Positions 14,289-27,171 of a stretch of DNA of 64,000 bases are shown one piece after another. The stretch comes from Antedon mediterranea (lineage: Eukaryota > Animalia > Echinodermata). The notes under the pieces were generated by a model that saw nothing but the letters and a program-made list of their open reading frames with translations, was not told where the DNA came from and did not search any database. Numbering within the stretch: position 1 is the stretch's first letter; the number at the start of each line of letters is the position of its first letter. The translations under genes and the position numbers were made by a program. The stretch covers positions 4,960,001-5,024,000 of the forward strand of contig NC_092673.1 in assembly GCF_964355755.1 (NCBI RefSeq). Reading direction: 5' to 3'.

Positions 14289-15529
14289 TTACACTTCTCA
14301 CCTATTGTGACGCATCAAATAAAATCATCCTACATGGTAAATATCTTAAAAACGACCATACAAAATAGAGAAACAGAAACAGAACACTATATCAGTGAAA
14401 AATGAGAAAATTAACCCCCAAAAATATTTAAGCATCCATATCAACATTTCAATTTCAGATCAGTTTTAATGGTTAATTATTAAAAAATCGGACTTAGATA
14501 AAAATTGGAAATATGGAATATGAAAAAAAACCAGAAACCTAACAAATTATGCAAATTAAATAAATACTCTATATATGGAGTATATAAAACAAATAAATAA
14601 ATTCTTAACTAACAAATTGGTGTATTCTATTCAAAACCGATTCGATCTTTTCAAGGAAAATTAAGTATAATTAAAAGCATACGTCCAGACATCCTTTACT
14701 TGGCATGTTATGATGTCTAAATTAATTCTTTCCGTAACTTGGACTTGGACGCAAGAACTATGTAAAGAATGTGAACTATATATTTTATTACAACGATGGT
14801 AATATTTTGGAACTTTGTTTGTTTTCGGAAATTTTTAAAGAAACTTATGACATGACACTGGCGTCGCGAGTATCAAGAGGGGGTCGGGGTGGGTATCGAC
14901 GGCGCCAGTATTATCACAAGAATGTTGGAATGGTCAATTGACATGCAGACGGACTGTGGCAACACGTTGTCCATCTTTTCCAATATAAGCATGATTGAGG
15001 GAGCCGGTTGTCTTTGTCTGTGTTTTGTAATATTAAAGTGAAGAAATTAACTCACATACTGTACAGATTCACGTATGACTAGAGGACCGGCAGCCGGACT
15101 CACTCTTGCATCCTTACATTATTAGAACATATTCCTATAGGCCTATCTGTGACATAATCTCACAAGTTATTCTCGTATAACACGATAATTTAAACCTTTT
15201 ATAAAATAACAACAGTTCAATCTTTCACCGTTAACAATCAAATTGACTCATATATTCTGATAACACGGGAAATATACATCAACAGGGAAACATTTGAGTC
15301 GAGCAATATTCCTAATCGTGGCATGATCTCCCAACGTTATTACATTCGATTAGGCCAATTTGTTCGTTGATCACTATAATAATTTCTATGAAATATAATC
15401 TGGCTCATATAGCTAATAGCTATTTTAATCAGTAACCCTAACAGTATTAACGTTAAGAATGATATGTTTTTATGATCTTCTTTCAAAGCCTATCTGCAGT
15501 AATGTTGGCACAATGGTTGATTTTCATTG

Positions 15530-15700
15530 CTATGAGAGCCCTCTTGTAAACATATATTATTAACTCTACAATGTTTAAATCCCTTCTTAGATTTTCTTTC
15601 CTATATGAGAGCCCTCTTGTAAAAATTATATATTATAACCTCTACAATGTTTAATTCCCTTATGAGTAGCCCTCTAGATATAATTATTGTATAACCTCTA
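15530..15700. repeat. About 72-bp local tandem duplication (2 copies plus a degenerate third)
   Basis: tatgagagccctcttgtaaa...ctctacaatgtttaa.tccctt is repeated. Confidence 0.75.
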
Positions 15701-18079
15701 CTAAGTTGTATTAACTCTTTTTAAATATGTTTGAATTTGACAGACCGACACATAGGCACATAGCGAGCTAGGGTGATACTGTTGTAAAAGTTGACTCATC
15801 GAATTCTTCTTTTCTTTAAGATAGTACGGTAGGCCTGTTAACTTTTATTTAATGTTCGACGGTATACTTTTTTTTTTAACTGTGCGCTAGTCTGACTTGG
15901 CAGAGTGTATAGTCTGATCCTTCTAAACACGCGAACCGTCCCAGGTGTACATTTTACCGCGCATTTTTTCCTCCGGACGATACAAGCGCTAGTATATATA
16001 GAGATATGCATGTTTCACAGGGATTCCTTTGAGGCACGTTTGACAGAAGCTGTGGGTGTTTGTTGTCAATCAGGGGAAATGCATACGTATGTTCTAATGT
16101 TCCCCACGACAGGAAATGACCATATAATTCATTCAGAGAATTAAAAAAAAATACATACTTGTAACTTCAGACTGAATGCAAGAGGTTAAGTTATGAAGTT
16201 ATGTTCAGTTATCTGATCGTTTGTGTTTAAAAAAAAACTAAAATAATATAGTAATAAAAATAAATAATAAACTTAAATACAGAAAAAGCAACACAAATAT
16301 ATAGGCCTACAACAATTTGAATTTATACAATAGTTTATATAGTAGTTAATAGTCTGGAAAAAGTATATATAAATATTTAATGTCAATGTAGAGAATTAGT
16401 TTGCCTACCTAGCACAAGAATAACATTCCATTCTCAGTCTTAATTAACCATCAGACTCTTGTTTAAACCGTTAGCTCTGGTAGACTTGGGTAGAAGTAGC
16501 TGCATACGTAATTATTATCAATTTGTGATCTCAGACTTTACAGAAGTATTAGTTTACTTACGGCAGCTGTAGACCTGTTGTTCATCTACTAACTAGATAA
16601 GCCAATGTATATGGCAATAGTATCACGCTTATTACGAGGGTATGCTCCCTTAATACCTTACTGGAATATTTGCTCAGGCGCAGTGTATTTAAGTAGGCAC
16701 TACACAAGTTGAACAACAACGTTAACACCTTGGGAACTCGTAGTTTATCAGTTATCATTATGTAAACTTTACTAATTAAACACTACTGGACTTATAAGAG
16801 AATGATTACAAAGTGTACACAATCAAATGATTTATCACCGTTTATCGTAGGCTGTTGAGGGCTTATATGAACTATCAGAACCACTTCAACCGGTTGTTGA
16901 GTAGTAATGATAGTCTGCTTCTCTCTCACTGTTATCGGTACTGCGTATAGCGCATACGATTGATTATATATATTTCGTTGTTATTTACATTTGTCAGTAT
17001 CTATAGCATCTCATACACTGATAAGTAACACGCAATAGCCATTAATATCAGCTTTGACAATAGATTTGCGATATTAAACTTACACTTATTTTCAATTTTA
17101 TAGTATGCAAAGTAGATAATAATCATTTATTTGTAGAGCTTTCAAAAATATAAAAATGTCTTTTTGCAATGATCGTTGAGTTGACAATCATGTGCATTAT
17201 GACGTCAGATCATTTTTTGCACGTATACACTACTTTTTTATCTTTTAAATGTCATAGGCCTACATACTATTAAAATGGACCAATTGTAGTTTATCTAGGC
17301 CTATATATTCTTAAAATTTGAAAAAAAATCTAAATTAATGACGATATTGATGGATCATATTAGAATGATTTTTTCCTTTGATATAGGCAATAATTTAACA
17401 GTAGATCATTTGTTCGAGAACATTTTGTATGTCCATATATAGATCTGCTCGCAATAGTACATTGCAATACTCAAAGAAATATATTACCATTTTTTTAGAA
17501 ACTTTTTTTTTTCAAGTCTGTTTATTTTCATAAAATATTTGTAAATTAAAAGAAATGTTCTTTTTTTTTTATTATTATTTTGTTTTGAAAGAAATAAATG
17601 TTAACTTGAACTTTAATAATTTCTAGTATAATAACCAGGCCTACATCCTTCTCAGATTGACATTAGTGGTGCAGTTCTATTGAAATAAACCTAACATTAT
17701 TCCGGGTTTTTGAGTTACACTATCAAACTTTATGTGAAAACTTTACAGATGAAACTTGCAGCATGACATTATTTTCAGAACGTTTACCATCTGTTAAGCA
17801 TATTATTCAACTTTAAAAAAAAAAACAGATAAAAAAGTGAAGTGATGATTCACATGATATAAATTCAATTGTTTCGTTGGTTTTAGTAGCATTCCACGGC
17901 GCTCGTGATATGATTTGCAAAAATTCCAGAGTATCGTTGTAAATTCTAAGTTTGCAGAACCGGCTAACTCTACCACAAACAAAATGCAGATTGTAAAAAA
18001 TGACGGAATGCCATAGATTTTGATAAAGAATACAGTATTGATAAAGTTAAACGTTAGGCCTACTGAATTTGAATCTTAA

Positions 18080-18386
18080 AGAGTGGTTTCCACTTAAGCT
18101 TGGTTCCCACTAGAACGTAACGCAAGGACGCAAACGCAACGCAAGCGTGTTAACCAATGACAAACGACAGTTCAAAAAATCCATCGTTTGTGATTGGTCA
18201 ATTCACTTACGTTGCGTTACGTCCTTGTGTTGCGTCTCAAGCATATAGACGCAACGCAAAGACTAAACGCAACGCAAGCGAGTTGACTAATGGCAAGCGA
18301 CATTTAGATTAATACATCGCTTGTGATTGGTCAAATTGCACTTACGTACGTCCTTGCGTTGCGTCTCTATTGTGGGAGCAAAGTAT
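18080..18386. mobile_element. MITE family A, two copies, one inserted in the left TIR of the other
   Basis: Outer TIR start agagtggtttccac (18080), inner agcttggttcccactag (18097) to caagc (about 18242), then the outer copy resumes tagacgcaacgcaa...gtccttgcgttgcgtct...gtgggagcaaag. Confidence 0.7.
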
Positions 18387-20084
18387 TGAATACGCAAGCG
18401 TACAATGTAGCTTGGTGGTTATGCCATCCATTCCTAGGACCCTGAAAATTAATACTTATAGCTCAGTTCTTTTCCTCTCGTGAACACCGCCACTCCTCAA
18501 TCTAAAATTTAGAGATGTTTTTATTTTTCCATTTCCTCGTGGTTTTTTTTATATGGGCTTGGTCATCATCCGGATTTAACAGTTCAAAACACTGATTTTG
18601 TTATGTTTCATGGAAAAATAGATACATTATCAATTACTGATCAACGTAATAAAATGTATTGATCAAATAGGCCTACACGCATCCATTTATCGTTTATCTA
18701 TTAATTTCCAATCGACACCTGTGTGTTATTTATTCACGTGTTATCGTTGTTTCATAAAGGTTAAACTAGTGTACATGCTGTGTTTACTGTGGGTAACTTT
18801 TTCATTTGTTGCCAGGCGTACTCGTGTTGTGTCAAAATTGTCGGTGATTTTGCAAGTTATTGAACATAGGTGAAGTTAGAAGGTCGTTTGGTTCCCATTG
18901 ATAAAATATCTTTGATAGTGTAGACAGAGCTTTAGTGCATTGTATCGTATATAGCGCGCATCGAATGTTACCTAAATGTGTGAGTTTTCTATTTGAGGAA
19001 CTTTAAAAGATATAGGCCTACACATACTCATACGTTTCTGTATGTAATTTTAACTCAATATTTACGCCGCGTCTATAAGAGGAAGATCAAAATTGGTAAA
19101 TATAAAGATGGCTTTGTCCAAAAAAATTGTAAAAATTATTTAAAATTAAATTTACAGTAAATTTACAAAACAGTAAAACCCCATATTAAGATGAAACACC
19201 TTCTTTATCGACAGTTAATAGAGGGGTATCCCATAAATGGTTTCACCGTGTAATATTCCTTTATTTCTTTTAAAAAGGAAAAGTTCCTTCTTAAAATTAA
19301 TTGTCCAAAACGACGGGTTATACTGAATTGATGTATTTCTTTTTACCCCCTTAACGGCCCTCTGGTTTTGTATTGCACGGACCTTCAGATGTAAATTAAT
19401 TTCAATAACATGCACACTCATGTAGCTAGTACAGGATATGATAAATAAAGAGGAATACGTTTCTGTCGAGTCTTCGAAAAACAAGGTTGTAAGATACTCG
19501 TCAAAACTTAAATAAATGTTACCAAAATGATAGAAATACGTACTTAATTGGATTCTTAACTTTGCATGATTTGTTAACGATCTTGTGAATGTGTAAAATG
19601 GCATGTTTAAAAGGAAACAGTTCAGTTGTTTGCTCTCCACCCCTATTCCTAGTATTCTTCGTGTGCTCCGAACCAATGGCAAGGTCAAATATCAACATTT
19701 CAAACCGAGAACCGAACGATTTAAAAATTCACCTATCCCTACAATAATGCATATGCTAAACAATAGTTCATAGAGCCAAAGCGATATACAGAGCGATATT
19801 GCTGTACCTTTTAATGCATTTTTATTACATCTTTTTAATTGTTAGGTAAGTCAATTGTACAGTACTTTTGTAAATGCAACGTTTTTAGCCATGCGGCTAC
19901 TTGTAAGTTTTATACCTGAATACAAATATTATAAGGCTATATTAACAATATTAATATCAACATTACCATTATTTCACAGACACCAAATTAATACCCCTAC
20001 AACCATCACTATCAAGCCACCATGTTCCTCCTCCTTTGAGACCCTATTAAGTGGACCTCTCAATATGATTTCTCTCAAATAATT

Positions 20085-20222
20085 GAGACGTATAAGCGCA
20101 ACGTATTTGATTTGCTTCGGACCAATCACAAGCGGTGGATTATTCGAAATGTCGCTTGTCATTGGTCAACTCGCGTGTGTTGCGTCTACGTCCTTGCGTT
20201 GCGTCCTAGTGGGAACCAAGCT
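20085..20222. mobile_element. MITE family A, left-truncated copy
   Basis: gaccaatcacaagcg...attggtcaac...gtccttgcgttgcgtcctagtgggaaccaagct|taa. Confidence 0.8.
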
Positions 20223-22864
20223 TAAGAATGTGCCACGGATGTGACGTTTATAGCAATGAACTCGCAGTCATGTGACAGCACCATCCCAACCTAAAATATT
20301 GTTACTCCGTGACATGGCCAAAATGTGAACCATCAAATAGGTTATCAGAATTAATATCATAAATTAAACAGGCTATAGGAAGTATTAACATATAATACGT
20401 AAACAAACATGTGATGAGATTTGCCCGTGAATGATTGCATAATTTTATTTTTGAGTGCAGTGACATTCAATTATGAAATTATCTCAATTATCCTTTGTAT
20501 GTCGCCCTCTACATAATCAGATTTATCAAACTTGCATACCAGCAAAAACATGATTTTTATAAATCGGTTAACCTAAAAAATTATTTGTGCATAATTTTCT
20601 TAAATATACAAAGAAAAAAGAACAAGCTTTTGTTTTTTTCACTTAAGCACTGCTTACCTATCGTAACTTAAGCAAAATCCAAACATCCTTCAAACCCATA
20701 GATGAATAAAACGGAACTATTTTAGAAGAACTACGGTATAAGTTTAGAAAACTATTTGTATTGGGCTTATGTTGTAAGTTATGTATGCAGAAATTTCTTT
20801 TTATATGTATTTTCTTCATCATAACATTTTAAATATTTTTTCACAACAGAACTTGTGATTACATTGCTGTTCAGAGTCACGGAATCGTTTATATATTAAT
20901 ATATAGTCTTGGGTAAATCTTAAAGAACCGATTTATTAATTTCATTTGAAAATTACGTCATAGTAGGCATATGGTATAAATTTTCAAATGTTGGAATAAT
21001 CTCAAAACCTACAGAGAATGTAGCCTTAATTAGTAACAAGTAGACACGTGTGTGGATGGTATTATGAACTTTGTCGACGATAGGGGGCAGAATTACTCTT
21101 GATAAATGCTGCATACCTTGATGATGAATTATTCAGATGTTATTACTTTACATAACCATACAGAATGCCTACGAAAATATTATAAGAGAGAGGGCGGAAT
21201 AACACTTTTTAGGCCTACATATTTGCGTACGTGAAACCTACTTTTATTTTTTCATCACAATGATTCACACAGCAATGTTTTATTTCATTTCAGAATATGC
21301 ACTATCGTTTGAATCTATCTTTTCTGTACAATGTTCCCGTAACCTATTGGAAACAATACTCAATCTGAGAGTGTCATCAAAAAAGGTAACCGATCGATAG
21401 AGCATTAACTCTATTTTAGTTTAAATGATTTTACCCGTTTTCTTTGGAAAGCAATTGAAACCTATTAACTGTGACTGTGTAGTATGGGACACTGATCAAA
21501 ACAAAAGATATGTCTCTAAAATGGCAAAACATAATATTCTAAAAGCATACAAGCGTCATGTAACACACTTGTGCAGCAGTTGTGTATTTTGGATCGGACC
21601 TCTATGGAATCATAAATGAATGCCCAAATGTCAATGACAATGTGGGTTATCTCAATGGATCTAATTTAAACAAAGTAGGCCTAAAACAGTCAGAAATAAA
21701 TTTAAAAGCTTTCGTGTAACATCAGCCTTTCCTCGTTATATTATTTATTCAAGAAAAATATAGTTAATAATTAATGCGTGAAATTGTCTTAGTTAAGTAA
21801 TTTGGTTTGTTTTGTTAAAATTTTGTAATTCTATGAACGCACCATTATAGGCTTACGTATGTTGCCACTGTTAATAAAAAGTGTCGATCCAAATAAATAT
21901 TATTATTATATTAACTAATAATAGGCATAATACAACAAAAAATAACTATAATTAATTTTGTATGTCATGCTTTAAGACTAACAATGGACAATAATTTATT
22001 ACTGAATAAAAATACCTATAATGGCCACCATAACTTTGCAAGTTATTGTTTTAATAATCTGATTTGTTTAACTCGTCTTGCCATCTGGCTATCTATGGTA
22101 CGTTTTTTTTTTTTGTATCATAATTTACAAAGTTTGCCTGGGAGAAGAATTTAAATGCTAATAAAGGAAGAGAGGTTTTGTTTTTTATTTTAACAAACTA
22201 ATTATAAGTAGCGAATATGTTCATTATAATTGCCAAAACCTTTTAAAATCACAAACACATAAACGCGCACAATTTTGATTAATTACCCACAAATAGTTGT
22301 TCGCATTTAATTAAATACTATGACCCACTTTTGGTGTATACCTATTCGCGGGAATCGTCGTTGGCGAATAATTTGCGCGCTTCGGTTTGATTGGATTCTC
22401 GAGCGTTGTGGTTAATATACCTTGAGGCAGACAACTAGAAAACAGTGCAAAGAACTTCTTTATTTGTACGATAATTGCCCATCACGTCAATTATTTCGCT
22501 TCCTAATTTGCCACAATTTGGAAAATTATAGAGTGTTTTTGAATTAATTATAAGACGGTGTTCATTATTTAACAATAGTTGTCTTACTAAAAGCTGTGGG
22601 CCATATTGTTTTAGTTACTAAACTTACACATCTCAACAGATAATTACGTAATGCCGGCCTAAACAGTTAAGTTGTTAAAATATTTATTATAGAGTTTTAC
22701 GGTACAATGATTAAATCAGGAAGGAATTGTTTCCGATTGCTATTTCGTATGTTTCAGTTTTTTTAAATAAAGGTTCCTACATACTATATAATCTAAATAA
22801 ATTGAAAAAAATAATTTAAAAAAATTAAGTAAATAATAAAAAAATGTTAAATAAAATACAACAT

Positions 22865-22965
22865 AACAATGTACATGACTGCACTCGCGTGCGCAAATTT
22901 AAGTTAGTGTTTACCGACAGACCGACATAGTGAGCTATAGAGTCGCGTATACACGCGACTAAAAA
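22865..22965 (-). mobile_element. Helentron/HINE (DINE-1-like) non-autonomous element
   Basis: Reverse strand reads ttttt-agtcgcgtgtatacgcgact (stem-loop)-ctatagctcactatgtcggtctgtcggt...gcacgcga; same family as 40940 and 61532. Confidence 0.65.
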
Positions 22966-23573
22966 CTGGTACTTCAATTCATTTATGTATTTAAGTTTAT
23001 TTAATTGTTACACTTCAGGGGTCGGAGAGTCACTCGATAGTGTTTTGTTTCTCTTTTTGACAATCCCGCCCCCCCCCCCCCCCTTAAGTGCTCTGTACCT
23101 TGTGATTTTTTATTATTTATAAAAAGACGAAATAAATTAAATGAATAATTCAATCAATAGAAAAAAGATTAATAAGTTTTCCAAAAAAAAACAAAAATTG
23201 ATAATAAATAAGTAGGCTATTTAAGAATATAGAATTAATAATATAGTTAAGAAATAATAGTTAATAACCCTAAAACATAGCTAGACAGTTAAGACGTTAT
23301 ATTTAATGGTTAACCTAGTTAAGACATTAAACAATGGAATACAAGTGTTTTAAGATTTGGCGAAAATGATAACAAGACAACTTGACATAAACATCGTACC
23401 TATAATCTTAAAGCTTCTACAGACGAATAATACGTTTAAGGACATGAAGCAAATAAATGGGAACAATTAGGTTGTAGACGACGTTTATAAGATATAGTTT
23501 AATGTGTTTTGCCTTTGGCTTAAACTACTAATAAGTTTCTCCCCACTCGATTTTTTAACGATAGTAATATGAA

Positions 23574-23592
23574 GAGCGCCACCTTACGGTCG
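23574..23592 (-). promoter_or_regulatory. CTCF-like motif between Hhex and Hmx
   Basis: Minus strand CGACCGTAAGGTGGCGCTC. Confidence 0.35.
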
Positions 23593-23923
23593 AAAATAGA
23601 TCAATAACAAAATGAATATCTATTGTAGTAGTACAAATATGAACTTATTATGTTGTTTTTCTTTATCTGGTTACAACGAGTCAAATTATGCCTAAATACG
23701 TATAGTTAGGTCCTATAGTGTTAGTGTATGTTTTGCTGTTCAATGGCAGCTTTTCACTATCCATTTATTCATGGTCAAACACAGTAAAATATATACATAG
23801 GTTTAAAAATTTGGTAAAATAAAGATAAAACACGTCGTTAAAAATACAGATAAAATACATCGTTTAAAATACAAAATACAAGCAAGATTGATGTGTGTAA
23901 GCATGGAGAGCATCAAATGATCA

Positions 23924-24031
23924 ACGTTTCCAAGTTTCATTTACGTTTCCAAGTTTCATTTACGTTTTCAAGTTTCATTTACGTTTCCAAGTTTCATTTA
24001 CGTTTCCAAGTTTCATTTACGTTTCCAAGTT
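23924..24031. repeat. 19-bp minisatellite (ACGTTTCCAAGTTTCATTT) x about 5.7
   Basis: Near-perfect direct repeats. Confidence 0.95.
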
Positions 24032-24453
24032 AAAAAATGGAAATTACTAGTACATTTTACAGTATAATACTGTCTTAATTAACCTAATTAACAAGTACCG
24101 TACTGTAGATATTATTATTCAGCTCTTCTACAACTTTGAGTGGATAAATGTAGCGCCGGCGTCCTACTCTGGTCTAATAGTCCAAAGAATTAAAAGGGGC
24201 TAAAACCTTCTTAAGAGAGAGAGAGAAGTGTACAGATTTTATAGGCCCATCTACCTCGTTACCAGAACAATGCTATTTAATAGGAATAGAATTACAGGGT
24301 GAAAAGTCTATTAACGAACAAAAGAGAAAATAATTGGTCACTCGTTTAGGATCGACAACGTCCAGTGGAACATTAAGTAATATAAAAACAATCAACATGG
24401 TATTACATAATAATTCTATACTGTCTGCATTTTTAGGGATGAAGTCATTTTAA

Positions 24454-24704
24454 AGATGTATTTCCACCTGAAAAATTAATTTTTATAAGTTTTTTTGTCA
24501 TTTTAATTTATTTACCTGGGAAACTAATTTAAAGCAAAAAATAGTCAAATTGACTGCCAGCGAATGGGGTTTTGGTTGAATTTGACCATTTATTTTGTCA
24601 TTTGTTTTTAAGGAGATTATTAAGCGTAAAAACTAAAAAATAACCTATTCAAAGTGTGATTTAATAAATCTTCATTTTTCATGTTTTTAGGGGACAATAC
24701 ATCT
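24454..24704. mobile_element. TTAA-flanked non-autonomous DNA transposon (Kolobok-like)
   Basis: TTAA|AGATGTATT...GGGGACAATACATCT|TTAA. A TTAA TSD with purine-starting termini fits Kolobok rather than piggyBac (CCY termini). Confidence 0.65.
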
Positions 24705-24988
24705 TTAAGATTGAAAAAATATTAAATTGAAAGAGAAGCTTTGTTATTTATTAATACCAATATTAAGTTGATTTGATTTTTGATAATCTTGGTTTTTATT
24801 AAGGTTTCTTCAACTGAATTCATCTGATTTCGATTTAATGCTAGCCCTTCTCTAAAATAGAGACTAACTTAGCTATTCTCTTGTGCGGATATGTCTGAAA
24901 ACTGGTAATAGGCAAACTTATTTTAAAAAAACCATATTTATCTTAATACCATGTTTTCCAAATAAAAATAGGGCCTAATGTCACTCTT

Positions 24989-25109
24989 CCCTGGTTTCCA
25001 CTTGGACGCAACGCAAGGACGTAAGCGCAACGTAAGTGACGTGATTTGACCAATCACAAGCAATATATTCGAAACAATTGCACTGCGTTGACCTCGCGGG
25101 AACCACGCT
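24989..25109. mobile_element. MITE family A, internally deleted copy
   Basis: ctggtttccacttggacgcaacgcaaggacgtaagcgcaac...gaccaatcacaagc...gggaaccacgct|taa. Confidence 0.75.
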
Positions 25110-25899
25110 TAAGTGGTTTTTAAGAACGCATCGATTTACAAATAAAAGCCGGTTTGATTTGTAATGAAAACAAACTGTTACCTTTTGGCGTCAGGTCGTT
25201 GCTAACTATCAAAAGGCCTAGAATAACGGAGTAGGGGTGTATAGACCGATCATTAAAGAATCAAGCCAAGTCTTAATCCTATTGTCCATGATCCATTACC
25301 AATATATAGAAAGAAGAAGTCTCGATTATTTGAGACAATACTTAAACAAATTGTTATGCTTTAATGACGCACTTTTACTTAAACAGTTAAGTGATTCCCT
25401 GTTAAAAGTTGGAAAAAAAATCTGAGTTTATATGAGTGAATAGAAATTGCCATGACTCGAGAACTAACGAGGCGATAGATATATTAACTCGGCGCCATTT
25501 AGAACCACGTTGGCCGGATGACAGTTCACGTACTGGACGTGTTTGAAAATAATAATTACTAAAAGTGACTTGGATTTATATGAGACTGTGGAAAGAAACG
25601 AATAATTATTTTTACTTATTTTCAATAGCCAATACAGTAAAGTGTATGAATCCACCTTCACGTATTTTTTAAATTTCATCAATAGATTACAATCTATGAT
25701 GCTCGCAATGATAACAAAGTTTTATGTTAAAATATGATTTTGTTACCCTACGTTTGCGGTTTGTAAATAATAAATATAGGTATTTAACTAATCGTTTAAC
25801 ACTCCCGTTTAATACGCTCTAGTTTAAAGTTTTATTCAAAGAGGGGAAAAATGATGCAATGTTTTTACGTAGTTTAAAATCAACTAGATGCTAATATTG

Positions 25900-26320
25900 G
25901 AAACGCTAGCGGGGAATGAGTGATCGATCATATGTATGTGTTGTGTTCAATTGATTTCAGAGTACTTAAGTGTTATCATAATAATTTTCAGGCGTTTGAA
26001 TTTATAAAGTATTACGCTTGCCAACTAATCGCCTAAAACTGTCCAAGTAGTTTGAACAATACTTGACGAGGCAGAAATCAATCATTTTCAATGCTAGACA
26101 CTTTGGCGAACATCTCGCATCAATTTATTGTACAAGGGTTGACTATCTAGTCAAAAAGTAGTTCCATAGATGCGCTATTAGCAATTCTCAATTGCTTTAC
26201 TGAAAAGGTATACATAGCCGTGTTTAAGGCATTTAGTGTTGCATCTTCAAACGACCTTTCAATTTAAAGGAACTACTTAAATCTAGAAGGGTCTCATTTA
26301 ATTAACACCGGTGTCTACTT
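25900..26320 (+). mobile_element. Possible highly decayed LINE reverse-transcriptase fragment
   Basis: Short frames read SSIDALLAIL and KAFSVAS, reminiscent of the non-LTR RT segment ST.DAL...D.SKAFD.V; broken by stops and frameshifts. Confidence 0.3.
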
Positions 26321-27171
26321 CTTGCTTGATTTATTTTTATGTGATCACCAAGCTTGGATATTATTAGCTACATGCAATTGCTCCTCTATATTTCGAATGG
26401 AATAGCAATAACTAGCACTATAAAAAGGAACACATTGTACAGATTATGTTAGTGAATTGGCGTAATGTGTCTACGCATTGGACCATTCATGTAATGTGAA
26501 TTTAAACAATGAATTATGTAGACCTGTATTCAGAACCGAGAAGCAAAACTTATTACAGCTAAACGTTCACATTTATATAGCACTGTAATTTGTAGGACAA
26601 GACAACAACCCCTGCCATCGGTGTAACCACCCCCGACAATTACTGTACCTCCATAGGATGTACTCTTGTCATAACTATTCATAGGATAGCTAACATAACT
26701 GGACAACTACCTCTTTGACAGCTGTTACCCTATGACAAAATTTTAGTTTGATTTGGATTTTAATTGTTGCCGAAATTTTTACCCTTAGAATTTATTGAAG
26801 TAACTGCTTACTATGGGTCTATAAGATGATGATAACTCAATATATATAATACGCATATGTAGTAAATTATTGCATAATAAATGAATTTTGAAAATTTGGG
26901 CATTTTTTTGAAAAATCCCTGTAGCCCTACTTATTGTAAAGGGATTTTTACAAAAAATGCCAAAATTTTGCATAATAATTGAATTTTGAAAAGCGCATAT
27001 TATTTTAGATTAAAAAAAAAAAATCCCTTTAATATTAGTACAGGGATTTTTTCAAAAAATGCCTAAATTTTGACCGTTTTATTTATTGAAGTAACTGCTT
27101 ACTATGGGTCTAGTCTATAACGTGATGATAACGCAATATATACGCATATGTAGCAATATTATTGCATAATA

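Noticed and set aside
19215-19688. 157-aa ORF on the minus strand
   Set aside because: Non-ATG start, AT-driven composition and no recognisable domain.
4020-21390. Scattered plus-strand splice-like sites suggesting a lncRNA divergent from Hhex
   Set aside because: Pyrimidine-tract-AG sites are frequent by chance in AT-rich DNA and no coherent exon chain could be built.
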